Positions 18,875 to 28,293 of a stretch of 64,000 nt of DNA are shown piece by piece (position 1 is the first letter of the stretch; every line of letters starts with the position of its first letter). The translations under genes and the position numbers were made by a program. The notes under the pieces are model-generated. The model saw only the letters and a program-made list of their open reading frames with translations. It was not told the origin of the DNA and searched no databases. The DNA is from Candidatus Geocrenenecus arthurdayi (GTDB taxonomy: Archaea > Thermoproteota > Nitrososphaeria_A > Caldarchaeales > Wolframiiraptoraceae): assembly GCA_023539395.1 (NCBI GenBank), contig JAKCEX010000001.1, forward strand, positions 21,193 through 85,192, in the 5' to 3' direction.

Positions 18875-20088
18875 GCTGTCACCTCTTTCTTTAACTCATC
18901 TATCAGCATCTTCTTTGCTCTATCAACGTCTCTACTAGAGAGTATTAATCTAATTGATGAGCTTATAGTTAGTAGACCATAGACGTTTATCCCAGATTCT
19001 GCTAGAGGTTTAGTAACTCTATAGATTACTCCAGGGCTCGTCTCAAGCATTCTCCCAGATATTACCAGCATTGATAGGTCTTGATAGAAGCTGATAGCTT
19101 TACCAATATTATTTGATACTAAAGCTGAGTGTATATCAGCTATGATCCCATCTTTCTCTTCAACATAGAGGACTATGGAATGCTCCTCACTAGTTACCGC
19201 TATAATCTTTAAGCCTCTCTCTTTTAGCTTGCTTACAAGTTTCTCGAAGGCTGCAACTCCATCAAGCTGTTCTCCAATAATAGTAGTCATAGTTATCTTG
19301 ATGGGCGGTGAATACACTTCTATCTCCGGTTCATAGCCTTTGATTATTGTTCCACCATTACTTAGTAGTTCTTTTAAACTGGCAATTCTAAGTCTTAGAT
19401 TTTTACCCAAGTATCTCAGTGCTTTCGTATGGATTATCTTTGAGCCTCCTCTTACTAGAGCTTGAACTTCCTTGAAGTTTAGCTCGCTCAATATCTTTGC
19501 ATCTTCAACTAGGTCTGGATCAGCTGAGAATATTCCAGCAACATCCTTGACTAATACTATCTCTTCAGCGTTTAGACAGCTTCCTATTAGAACTGCTGTT
19601 GTATCGCTACCCCCTCTACCTAATGTTGTTATCTTCCCTTCACTTGTTATCCCTATGAATCCGCAGATTACAGGTATAACTCCTTCAGATATTAATGGTA
19701 TGATCTTTTCTTCTATCCTCTTCTTCGTTTCTTCATAGATTGGCTCTGCATCAAGATGTTTACTGTTTGTTATTATTGGCCACTTATCATCGGATGGGTC
19801 GATGAATAATGCATTTACTCCATGTTCTCTTAAAGCTAGTGTGAAGAGCCTTACACTGGTTCTCTCACCCATCGCTAGTATCTCATCCATTAATGAGGGG
19901 TCAGGGCTCTTCGATAGATTTTTAACTGTCTCTACTAGTTCATCTGTTACTCCCTTTAATGCTGAGACAACCACTACAACTCCGTAGCCACTCTCCACTA
20001 GCTTCTTTACCCAGTTTGCAGCATCAGCAATAGCTGAGACATCCTTCAAGACAGATCCGCCCAATTTAACTACTATACTCTTAACCAA
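18871..20088 (-). CDS. lysC: Aspartate kinase with C-terminal ACT domains.
   Basis: 405 aa. The N-terminus is VVKLGGS and the amino-acid kinase fold is followed by ACT repeats. It overlaps asd by 4 nt. Confidence 0.85.
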   Translation of the reverse strand: MVKSIVVKLGGSVLKDVSAIADAANWVKKLVESGYGVVVVVSALKGVTDELVETVKNLSKSPDPSLMDEILAMGERTSVRLFTLALREHGVNALFIDPSDDKWPIITNSKHLDAEPIYEETKKRIEEKIIPLISEGVIPVICGFIGITSEGKITTLGRGGSDTTAVLIGSCLNAEEIVLVKDVAGIFSADPDLVEDAKILSELNFKEVQALVRGGSKIIHTKALRYLGKNLRLRIASLKELLSNGGTIIKGYEPEIEVYSPPIKITMTTIIGEQLDGVAAFEKLVSKLKERGLKIIAVTSEEHSIVLYVEEKDGIIADIHSALVSNNIGKAISFYQDLSMLVISGRMLETSPGVIYRVTKPLAESGINVYGLLTISSSIRLILSSRDVDRAKKMLIDELKKEVTA

Positions 20089-20159
20089 ATAGAAAACACC
20101 CCCAATATAGGAAAAACTTGTTTAGGTGCCCCAGCTTACGCCGGGGCAAAATAATAATA

Positions 20160-20226
20160 GCTCCAGAAGGCGAAGAAGACAATGGTAGTATTGTTTGAGA
20201 ATATCATCTTCTTCAGCTCCTGGAGC
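20160..20226. promoter_or_regulatory. Imperfect inverted repeat of 20 nt with a 27-nt spacer, upstream of lysC.
   Basis: The arms gctccagaaggcgaagaaga and tcttcttcagctcctggagc match at 17 of 20 positions. A separate GC-rich hairpin, gtgccccagcttacgccggggca, lies at 20126..20148. Confidence 0.35.
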
Positions 20227-20626
20227 TTTGCTTACATTTGGATCAGGGTTCTAATTAAACTTTTCGTAATTGAGGAATCAATAGTTCTTCAATGGGTATT
20301 TTAGATATGCTTAATCTCGTTCGGTATGTCTTGTTGAAGTTAATAAGATAGTTGTATTTTTGAATTATTGCTGGTCTGCCTTGAGTACGGGTGCTTTGAG
20401 GTTCTTCAAGATCTTGATTAAAGCATTATGTATGATAGTTCTCGGTTTTTCATCATATTTCCTATATCTTGCTTTGACTCTGCCGTTAACATACCCTATA
20501 CTAAACGTTATTGTAGTAGCACTACTTCTAATGTTAGTAATCTTCAGTATCATGGCCTTACTGACATAACCTGCTAAATCTTCCCAATCTAGTATGAATC
20601 TATCTAGATGGGATAATGGAAGATTG

Positions 20627-21592
20627 TTATTCCTTGAGGACTTCTCTCCAGTCTGATTTTATCTTTACACCTCCTCTCTTTTCTTGAATATAATTATATG
20701 CAGATAGAGCTGCGATAGCTCCTTGAGCTGCAGAGATTACAGCTTGCTTATATGCTATGTTTGTTACATCTCCTGAGGCAAATACTCCTCTCCTACTTGT
20801 TGCACAGTATGAATCTATAATTATTTCTCCATTCTCATTTAATTCAACGAATCCCTTAATCCAATCTGTCTTCATCTCATATCCTAATTCAACAAATATA
20901 CCATCTACTTTTAGTTCTTTAATTGTTCTATCAGCTAAGCTTTCTAAGACTACCGATTCAAGTTTGTCGCCCCCTCTAACTTCTTTAACGATTGTTTCAG
21001 GTAATTCTTCAAATCTCTCAATACATTTTGCTGGAAGACTCCCCAGGTCAATCCTACTCTTACCTCTATGGACTAAGTATACTTTATTATCGTATTCGCA
21101 TAACAGATTGACTGCTTCGAAAGCTTGCGGTCCCCAGCCATACACTAATACTGTTTTCCCCCTATATAGTGGAGCATCACATACAGCACAGTAACTTACC
21201 CCTCTACCTTTGAATTTTTCTTCTCCAGGGACATTCATTTCTCTCGGAGTCTTCCCGAAGGCCAAGATTACAGCTTCACAGCTTAACTCGTATCCACCTC
21301 TAGTCTTTATGATAAACACTTGGTCGTCTCTCTCATCTATTTTAACTACTTCGTCAAATAAGATCTCTACGCCATATTGTTGAACTTGGTCTAGAATCTT
21401 TGATGCAAGCTCGTAACCTGAAATAGATTTGTATCCTGGATAATTCTCGATACTTGATGATAAAGTCATCTGTCCACCTACATCTTTAGTTATTATGAGT
21501 GTACTCATCTTCTGTCTAGATGCGTATAATGCTGCTGTAAGACCAGCTACTCCCCCTCCAACTATTATTATATCGTAATCAACGTATCTCAT
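20627..21592 (-). CDS. trxB: Thioredoxin reductase-like FAD/NAD(P) disulfide oxidoreductase.
   Basis: 321 aa. The FAD site is IIVGGGVAG and the redox-active CAVC (CxxC) is present. Confidence 0.8.
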   Translation of the reverse strand: MRYVDYDIIIVGGGVAGLTAALYASRQKMSTLIITKDVGGQMTLSSSIENYPGYKSISGYELASKILDQVQQYGVEILFDEVVKIDERDDQVFIIKTRGGYELSCEAVILAFGKTPREMNVPGEEKFKGRGVSYCAVCDAPLYRGKTVLVYGWGPQAFEAVNLLCEYDNKVYLVHRGKSRIDLGSLPAKCIERFEELPETIVKEVRGGDKLESVVLESLADRTIKELKVDGIFVELGYEMKTDWIKGFVELNENGEIIIDSYCATSRRGVFASGDVTNIAYKQAVISAAQGAIAALSAYNYIQEKRGGVKIKSDWREVLKE

Positions 21593-21699
21593 GCTATATA
21601 GCTTATCTATTGCTTTTTATAAGAATATCGACATTAATTAATAAGCATACAAATACAAAGTTTATCAGTAGCTTCTCTGTAAATTTCTCCACGTCAGAG

Positions 21700-22644
21700 A
21701 TGAAGATTATCGAAGTGTCTGCCCCAGCTACTATTGCTAATCTCGGACCAGGATTTGATATTGTTGGATTAGCTATAGAGAATTATAGAGACATAGTTAG
21801 GATAGAATTAACAGATGATGAATCAGTAACTCTTGAGGTAGTAAACAATACTGGAGTAGCTGTGGCATCTAAGCCTGAAGAGAATTCCGCTGTAGTCTCA
21901 GCATTAAGAGTCATGGAGTTTGCAGGGGTTAAGAGCGGATTTAAGATGAAGCTTATTAAGAATGTACCCATCGGTATAGGTCTAGGTAGCTCAGGTGCAT
22001 CTGCAGCTGCAGCAGCATACGCTATGAATATTCTCCTCGGGGGCAAGCTTCCAATGGAGATTCTAGTGAAATCTGCAGGCGAGGGTGAGAAGGTTGCATG
22101 CGGTTCACCGCATCTAGATAATGTGGCCCCCTCACTCTATGGTGGATTCACTATGATACTTGATGTGGATAAACCTGAGATATTCAATATTAAGCCATCA
22201 ATAGATTTCTCGATAGTATTGATTACTCCTAAAGTCAATTTACCAAGTAATAAGACTGAGTATGCTAGGAGCTTGCTTCCTAAGATGATCGACTTAGAAA
22301 CGATGGTTAAGCAGACTTCTAGCTTAACCCGCTTAATAACAGGTATAATAAAGGGAGACTTAAAAATGATAGGTGAAGCAATTAGTAGCGACTATGTAAT
22401 TGAGCCTGCTAGAAGTGTAATGATCCCAAGATTCTATGAAGTAAAAGAAGCTGCATTGAAAGCTGGAGCACTTGGATTCAGTTTAAGCGGTGCTGGACCA
22501 TCCGTATTTGCTCTAACCTATCCCGAAGATGCTGAAAATATACGTAGAGAAATCATAGAGAAATTTCATGAATACGGTGTAGAATCAGTTGGAATAATAG
22601 CTAAACCAACACCTATAGGTGCAAGAATAGAACAAACCGACTAA
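21700..22644 (+). CDS. thrB: Homoserine kinase (GHMP family).
   Basis: The GHMP motif PIGIGLGSSGASAAAA is present. The ORF track starts at 21610, but the first 30 codons look non-coding, so the likely start is the ATG at 21700 (MKIIEVSAPAT). Confidence 0.75.
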   Translation: MKIIEVSAPATIANLGPGFDIVGLAIENYRDIVRIELTDDESVTLEVVNNTGVAVASKPEENSAVVSALRVMEFAGVKSGFKMKLIKNVPIGIGLGSSGASAAAAAYAMNILLGGKLPMEILVKSAGEGEKVACGSPHLDNVAPSLYGGFTMILDVDKPEIFNIKPSIDFSIVLITPKVNLPSNKTEYARSLLPKMIDLETMVKQTSSLTRLITGIIKGDLKMIGEAISSDYVIEPARSVMIPRFYEVKEAALKAGALGFSLSGAGPSVFALTYPEDAENIRREIIEKFHEYGVESVGIIAKPTPIGARIEQTD

Positions 22645-22809
22645 GAGGAATATGTAAAAGATGATACTTACAGTGAAGTCAACATAAGTCTTTCTTCTAT
22701 ATAACCCAGTGGGATAATATATATGCTATGGGAAGCCAATAGGTAACATGAAAGATAATTCTTACCATCAGAGGTAAGTTTTTTAGAAATCGGTTTAACT
22801 TGATATAAG

Positions 22810-22881
22810 GGGCCGGTAGATTAGTGGGAGATCGCCCGCCTCGCACGCGGGAGGTCGCGGGTTCAAATCCCGCCCGGTCCA
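22810..22881 (+). tRNA. tRNA-Ala(CGC)
   Basis: The acceptor is gggccgg/ccggtcc with a G3:U70 pair, the Ala identity element. The anticodon loop is ctCGCac and the T loop is ttcaaat. Confidence 0.75.
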
Positions 22882-23012
22882 CTAAATAATTCTCTTAAGC
22901 GTGCTCATATTCTATTTCTCTAGTTTTATTATTATTGAGTTCACATACAAATTATGAGGTAGATGAAACTGTGGTTTCTCTTACCCCTTCAATATAGTAG
23001 TTATGTATATTT

Positions 23013-24581
23013 GTGCTAAAGTTATTGATATTATACTTTATGGAAAAGCTTAAACCCTCTAACAACGAATTTATAATTATGAAAAAGAGACTTTTTAGTG
23101 AACCACTCAGGAAAGATGAAATTTTCAAGAAGTTAAGAGAGTATTCTATTGATGATGCAGACCCTCTTAGTGGAAGATTATTCACTATAGCTTTTGAAAC
23201 TGGATTGGACGAGCTTAAGAATATAGCGTATGAGGCTTTCAGAGTATTCATGGATAAGAATATGTTGGATTTCACAGAGTTTCCAAGCGCTATTAGGATG
23301 GAGAAAGATATTGTAGATACAGCAATCTCTTTAATGAATGGAGATGAGCATGTAGTTGGAACATATACTTTCGGGGGGACGGAAAGCGTCTTCTTAGCTG
23401 TAAAAGCTGCTAGAGATAAATTCATACTTGATAAAGGGTTCATAACGCTTCCAGAGATAGTTATGCCTGTTACAGCACATCCATGTTATGATAAAGCTGC
23501 TGAATACATGGGTCTAAGAGTTAAGAGGGTTAGAGTAGATACTGAAACATACAGAGCAGATATAGATTCAGTTAATGAAGCAGTAACTGAGAATACTGCA
23601 TTAATCGTAGGGTCAGCACCCAACTGGCCATTTGGAACAATAGACCCAATTAAAGAATTAGCTGAGATCGCTTTAGATAAGAATATATGGCTTCATGTAG
23701 ATGCATGTGTAGGAGGATTTATCCTACCATTCATGAAGAAACTGGGAGAAAATATACCCGACTTCGATTTTAAAATTGAAGGTGTTTCATCCATCTCCCT
23801 AGACCCACATAAGTATGCGTACTCTCCTATAGGATCCTCAGTAGTACTATTTAGGAAAGAATTCTATAAGATGTTTTCTCAGTATGCAAACTTAAAGTGG
23901 CCTGGATATCCTATCGTAAACCCTGCTGTCTTATCTTCTAGGTCAGAAGGACCATTAGCAGCAGCATGGGCTGTTCTCCACTTCCTCGGAGAGAAAGGAT
24001 ACTTAGAACTGGCTAATAAGGTAATAGTGGCTAGGAATAAAATATGTAGAGGACTGAAGGATGTAGGTTATAGGGTAATGGGCGACCCAACGGTTATAGT
24101 TGCATTTACATCTGATATGGTTAACTTATTCAAGTTGTCTGATGAAATGGTGAAGAAAGGATGGTACTTCTTAGCTCAGAGAGGGATATCAGAGATGGGT
24201 ATTCCTCCAAGTATACATCTTACAATTACACCTATACATGAAAGTGTTGTTGACAGTATGTTGAAAGACTTAGAAGAATGTACTTCAGAACTGCAGAAGA
24301 TTCCTCCAAGCGATATTGAAGGAGTAGTAGAGAGTCTAGGACTTATTATGAGCTTGATAACACCTGAAGAAATGGATATATCAACGCTTAGTAAACTTCT
24401 GAAAGAAGCAGAAAAGTATCTAGAGATATATGGTCCGAAGTTACTAGAAGCATTCGGTCTAGATAAAGGCTTACCGAAAGAAATGGCTTTAATAAACCAG
24501 GTATTCAACTCACTGCCTCCAAGTATTACAGAGCTATTAGTAAACTACATCGTAATCCAATTATTCAAAAGAGGAGTATAA
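23013..24581 (+). CDS. Group II PLP-dependent decarboxylase (glutamate decarboxylase or sphingosine-1-phosphate-lyase-like).
   Basis: The PLP-Lys motif SLDPHKY is present and the fold is decarboxylase type II. The start may be MEKLKP or MKKRLF downstream of 23013. Confidence 0.65.
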   Translation: MLKLLILYFMEKLKPSNNEFIIMKKRLFSEPLRKDEIFKKLREYSIDDADPLSGRLFTIAFETGLDELKNIAYEAFRVFMDKNMLDFTEFPSAIRMEKDIVDTAISLMNGDEHVVGTYTFGGTESVFLAVKAARDKFILDKGFITLPEIVMPVTAHPCYDKAAEYMGLRVKRVRVDTETYRADIDSVNEAVTENTALIVGSAPNWPFGTIDPIKELAEIALDKNIWLHVDACVGGFILPFMKKLGENIPDFDFKIEGVSSISLDPHKYAYSPIGSSVVLFRKEFYKMFSQYANLKWPGYPIVNPAVLSSRSEGPLAAAWAVLHFLGEKGYLELANKVIVARNKICRGLKDVGYRVMGDPTVIVAFTSDMVNLFKLSDEMVKKGWYFLAQRGISEMGIPPSIHLTITPIHESVVDSMLKDLEECTSELQKIPPSDIEGVVESLGLIMSLITPEEMDISTLSKLLKEAEKYLEIYGPKLLEAFGLDKGLPKEMALINQVFNSLPPSITELLVNYIVIQLFKRGV

Positions 24582-24643
24582 ACTATGTAATAGACTACAC
24601 ATATACATACCTCTCTTTTTTGTCTTGAAAAAGCCATCCGGGA

Positions 24644-26071
24644 TTATTTTCTCGGTTTCTTTCTCGGCTTCTTCTTAGTTTTCATAATTATGACTGCAGC
24701 TATGATTGGTATTAGTAGGAGAAGTGAGCTAGCTATCAAGTATAAATCAGTTAATTCAATTGGAGGTGGAGATGCAGTAGGGGGACTGGATATAGATGCT
24801 GTCTTTGCCTCTTCTTCTCTGTATTGTGTAGGGATCTTCTCACTTACACCAATGTTATTGACTTGGTCTATAGCTACAACATACACTTCTGCTTCTTCAC
24901 CTGGCTTCAGTTGAAATTCAGATACGTAGATATCTCTATCTACTATGTAGTTCATATCGTATGTTCTATTATCTGCTATGAGATGCGGGATTTTACTTTT
25001 CACAGTAACGATTAACGTTGCTCTAATAGGTTCATTATCTGGGTCATATATCTTTGCAGAAGCTTTGAATAATCCTCCTCCCTCAGGCTCAATCACTATA
25101 CTCTTTACTATTGGAGGCCTGGAGAGCCAAACCCATCCAATCTTTCTTGTATTTATCTCAGTAAACCATATTCTATCTTTATCCAATACATCGCCAAATA
25201 TTCTTCCTCCCACTCTTACTTCGCTTATACTATCTCCATCGATCTCTCCAATAGCCCATCTTGCTCTAGCAACATATATTATCCTCCCATCGGAGAGCAT
25301 GTACAGCCCTATATCAATCGTGCTACCTCTCTCTAAGCTCCATCTTCTCTCAATCTTTAAATTTCCTGAAACTCTATATAGCCTATCATCAGTAGATGCT
25401 AGAAGCAAATTATTATTAAAAGCTTTTAATGCAAGTATTCTTTCATCAATTCTTAGATAATGTTTCTCATTTTTACCTAGATCTATTTTTGCAAGCGTAT
25501 ATCCATCGGACTGCACAACATAAAGAAAACCATCATCAAGAGATATTTTCCCTAATCCATGATCAACATTAATCTCTATTCTTAATAACTCATTTAAGCT
25601 CACCGCGTCAAATACTATTACTAAGCTCTTATCAGGTAGGGAAACTGATATGTATTTAGATGAAGAATCAAGGTCGCCTGGAAGACCTGGTAATTCTATC
25701 TCCTCAATATCTCCTCCTGATATATTGTATACATAAAGTTTACTTCTTGTTGAAGTGGCCATGAAGATCTTCTGGTTCGATACCGCGATATCGAATACCT
25801 CTTTGGGAGCTTTTAAGACTTTCATTGACCCGTCTACTTTACTTATAAATATTAAACTACTCTCTACAGGATCATACACAACTAGTTTATCGTCAACTAT
25901 TGTAATAAGCGATGGAGTAAATTCTGGGTGAGTAAGATAGTTAGGCTGAGAGATAGCTGAAACCTCTAAGATAGAATAAGTGAGAGATAAGGTAAGAATG
26001 CATGCCATGAGGGGCAGGATCCTTTCCTTTCCACCCATCTTATGCCTTAGCAAAAGCTCAAGATGCATCAT
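24644..26071 (-). CDS. Extracellular beta-propeller-like repeat protein with a C-terminal membrane anchor.
   Basis: It has an N-terminal signal/TM segment, repeated beta-rich segments, a Thr/Pro-rich linker (SSPPTASPPP), a TM helix and a basic tail (KTKKKPRKKPRK). Confidence 0.4.
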   Translation of the reverse strand: MMHLELLLRHKMGGKERILPLMACILTLSLTYSILEVSAISQPNYLTHPEFTPSLITIVDDKLVVYDPVESSLIFISKVDGSMKVLKAPKEVFDIAVSNQKIFMATSTRSKLYVYNISGGDIEEIELPGLPGDLDSSSKYISVSLPDKSLVIVFDAVSLNELLRIEINVDHGLGKISLDDGFLYVVQSDGYTLAKIDLGKNEKHYLRIDERILALKAFNNNLLLASTDDRLYRVSGNLKIERRWSLERGSTIDIGLYMLSDGRIIYVARARWAIGEIDGDSISEVRVGGRIFGDVLDKDRIWFTEINTRKIGWVWLSRPPIVKSIVIEPEGGGLFKASAKIYDPDNEPIRATLIVTVKSKIPHLIADNRTYDMNYIVDRDIYVSEFQLKPGEEAEVYVVAIDQVNNIGVSEKIPTQYREEEAKTASISSPPTASPPPIELTDLYLIASSLLLLIPIIAAVIIMKTKKKPRKKPRK

Positions 26072-26304
26072 TAATTATCGTCACACCTATGAGTATGCTA
26101 ATATTCCTAATATAAATACTAAAAACTAGGAATCTCAAATTTTCCCATAGTAGCGATGATGGTAGAAGCCTAGACATTCGATTAAGAATGTAGTAATTAA
26201 GATAGCATGAAATCTTAACAATGCTTACCATCCACCTATACAAGAGGCTGCAAAGCATGAGATTTAGGTTATAAGATTCTTTTACATTGTTTTGTCTAGA
26301 GATA

Positions 26305-27843
26305 ATGGGGTTAAGAATAGTTGTTGTAGATTTTGGTGGGCAGTATACACATCTTATAGCGAGGAGAGTTAGAGAGCTTGGAGTCTACTCAGAAATAGTA
26401 GAGCCCGAAAGTCTCCGAGAAGCTTTAGAGAAAGGAGGTGTAGGTGGAATAATACTGTCAGGTGGACCTAAAGCAGTTCTAGAAGCTGGTGCTCCAACAA
26501 TCAACTTAAATTACCTCTCCAGGCTTGATATACCTATCCTCGGGATATGTTATGGACACCAACTGATGGCCAAAGAGTTTGGAGGAGAATTAGCAAGAAG
26601 TTCTTATAGAGAGTATGGTAGAATGAAGGTGAGAGTAATTCATGAAGATGAGCTCTTTCGAGGATTACCTAGTAGCTTCTGGGTCTGGATGAGCCATTGG
26701 GATACAGTTATTAAGCCTCCAGAAGGATGGATTGCTACAAGTATAAGTGAGAAAGGTATCATAACATCGATGAGCGATGGTAAGAGATTCTACTCTACCC
26801 AATTCCATCCAGAAGTCTCTCATACAGAATATGGGTCCAAGATCTTGGAGAATTTCCTTAGAAAGATATGTAAGATAAACCCTTGGTGGAGTCCTGGAGA
26901 CCAAGTATCAAGGATAATCGAAGAAATAAGAAATACTGTTGGAGAAGATGAGAGAGTGATTTGCGCAGTAAGTGGTGGGGTAGATTCAGTTACAACTGCT
27001 GTACTAGTCTCTAAAGCGGTAGGTGAGAGACTCTACAGCATATTTATTGATACTGGTCTATTAAGGAAGAATGAGAGGGAAAACGTAGAGAATACTTTGA
27101 GGAATCTCGGAATTAAGAACTTGATAGTAGTAGATGCTGCAGGTAGATTCTTAGAAAAACTTAAGGGTGTGAGAGACCCTGAAGAGAAGAGGAAGATTAT
27201 AGGAGAAGAATTCATAAGAGTCTTCGAAGAAGTCTCATCTAAAATAGAGAATGTTAGATGGTTAGCTCAAGGAACAATATATCCTGATAGAGTAGAGAGT
27301 GGGAAAGCTAGCAGGCACTCAGCATTAATAAAATCACATCACAATGTTGGTGGATTACCAGAGAAGATGTCTCTAAAGATTCTAGAGCCTCTGAGAGACT
27401 TCTATAAAGATGAAGTAAGAGCAATCGCTAAAAAATTAGGTATACCTAGAGAGATCTGGGCTAGACACCCATTTCCTGGACCTGGTCTTGCAGTAAGGAT
27501 TATAGGAGAAGTAAATGAAGAGAAGCTTAAGATATGTAGAGACGCCTCCGCTATAATTGAAGAAGAATTAATGAAGTCAGGGGTTTACGATATGGTATGG
27601 CAGGCATTCGCAGTAGTTGGAGATGATAGATGGATTGGTGTAATGGGTGATGATAGAATAGAAGGATACATAGTAACGATTAGGATAGTAGAGAGTATAG
27701 ATGGAATGACTGCAGACTGGCATAGAATAGACTATGAAATAATTGATAGAATTAGCCGAAGAATCACCAACGAAGTCTTCAAAGTCACCATGGTAACCTA
27801 CGCAGTATCTTCAAAACCCCCCTCAACCATTGAACCCTGCTAA
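26305..27843 (+). CDS. guaA: GMP synthase (glutamine-hydrolysing), with the GATase and ATP-pyrophosphatase domains fused.
   Basis: The GATase triad region is ICYGHQ, and the PP-loop is SGGVDS. The ORF-track start at 26287 is TTG, so the likely ATG is at 26305. Confidence 0.85.
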   Translation: MGLRIVVVDFGGQYTHLIARRVRELGVYSEIVEPESLREALEKGGVGGIILSGGPKAVLEAGAPTINLNYLSRLDIPILGICYGHQLMAKEFGGELARSSYREYGRMKVRVIHEDELFRGLPSSFWVWMSHWDTVIKPPEGWIATSISEKGIITSMSDGKRFYSTQFHPEVSHTEYGSKILENFLRKICKINPWWSPGDQVSRIIEEIRNTVGEDERVICAVSGGVDSVTTAVLVSKAVGERLYSIFIDTGLLRKNERENVENTLRNLGIKNLIVVDAAGRFLEKLKGVRDPEEKRKIIGEEFIRVFEEVSSKIENVRWLAQGTIYPDRVESGKASRHSALIKSHHNVGGLPEKMSLKILEPLRDFYKDEVRAIAKKLGIPREIWARHPFPGPGLAVRIIGEVNEEKLKICRDASAIIEEELMKSGVYDMVWQAFAVVGDDRWIGVMGDDRIEGYIVTIRIVESIDGMTADWHRIDYEIIDRISRRITNEVFKVTMVTYAVSSKPPSTIEPC

Positions 27844-28293
27844 AGCTCTCAACCCATCTCTCTCCAAGTTATAGGTATCCTCACTATAATGTTAGCCACA
27901 GATTTAGTAAATGTCTAGCATACTGTCGTGTTCTCCCAGCTGAGTTCATATCTCTCTTAAGGGTATTTTTCGATATCACAAGATCTATCAACTAGTCAAT
28001 ACCCTCGGTTTTTATTGTTATTTGTAGGTTTCATATTGTTCCTATTAATGATGCCTAGTCTTCTATCAATTGTGTTTCTAAGCATTAATATTGTTATAGC
28101 ATCTTTCTGTCTTCTGTTCTCAGGTGTCCAAAGAATTTCTTGATAACGTCACTCCTACTAAACCTTTCATGAATGTATTCTAGCCTAAGCCCATTTAATT
28201 CATAAAGATACATTAACCTATAATGTTTAGTGGATCGTTTAATAGGAAAAGATATAATAGTGAGGGTAAAGATTCCCTATAGGTGCTTCTCGA

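Noticed and set aside
20360-20569. Overlapping 69-aa (+) and 62-aa (-) small ORFs in the trxB/lysC intergenic region.
   Set aside because: They are mutually exclusive. The plus-strand one is pure hydrophobic low-complexity, and the minus-strand one has no recognisable motif. Neither is reported as a gene.
22952-23443. 163-aa minus-strand ORF overlapping the 5' part of the PLP-decarboxylase gene.
   Set aside because: It is antisense to a well-supported conserved gene and rich in Ser, Ile and Asn from AT-rich DNA. It is spurious.
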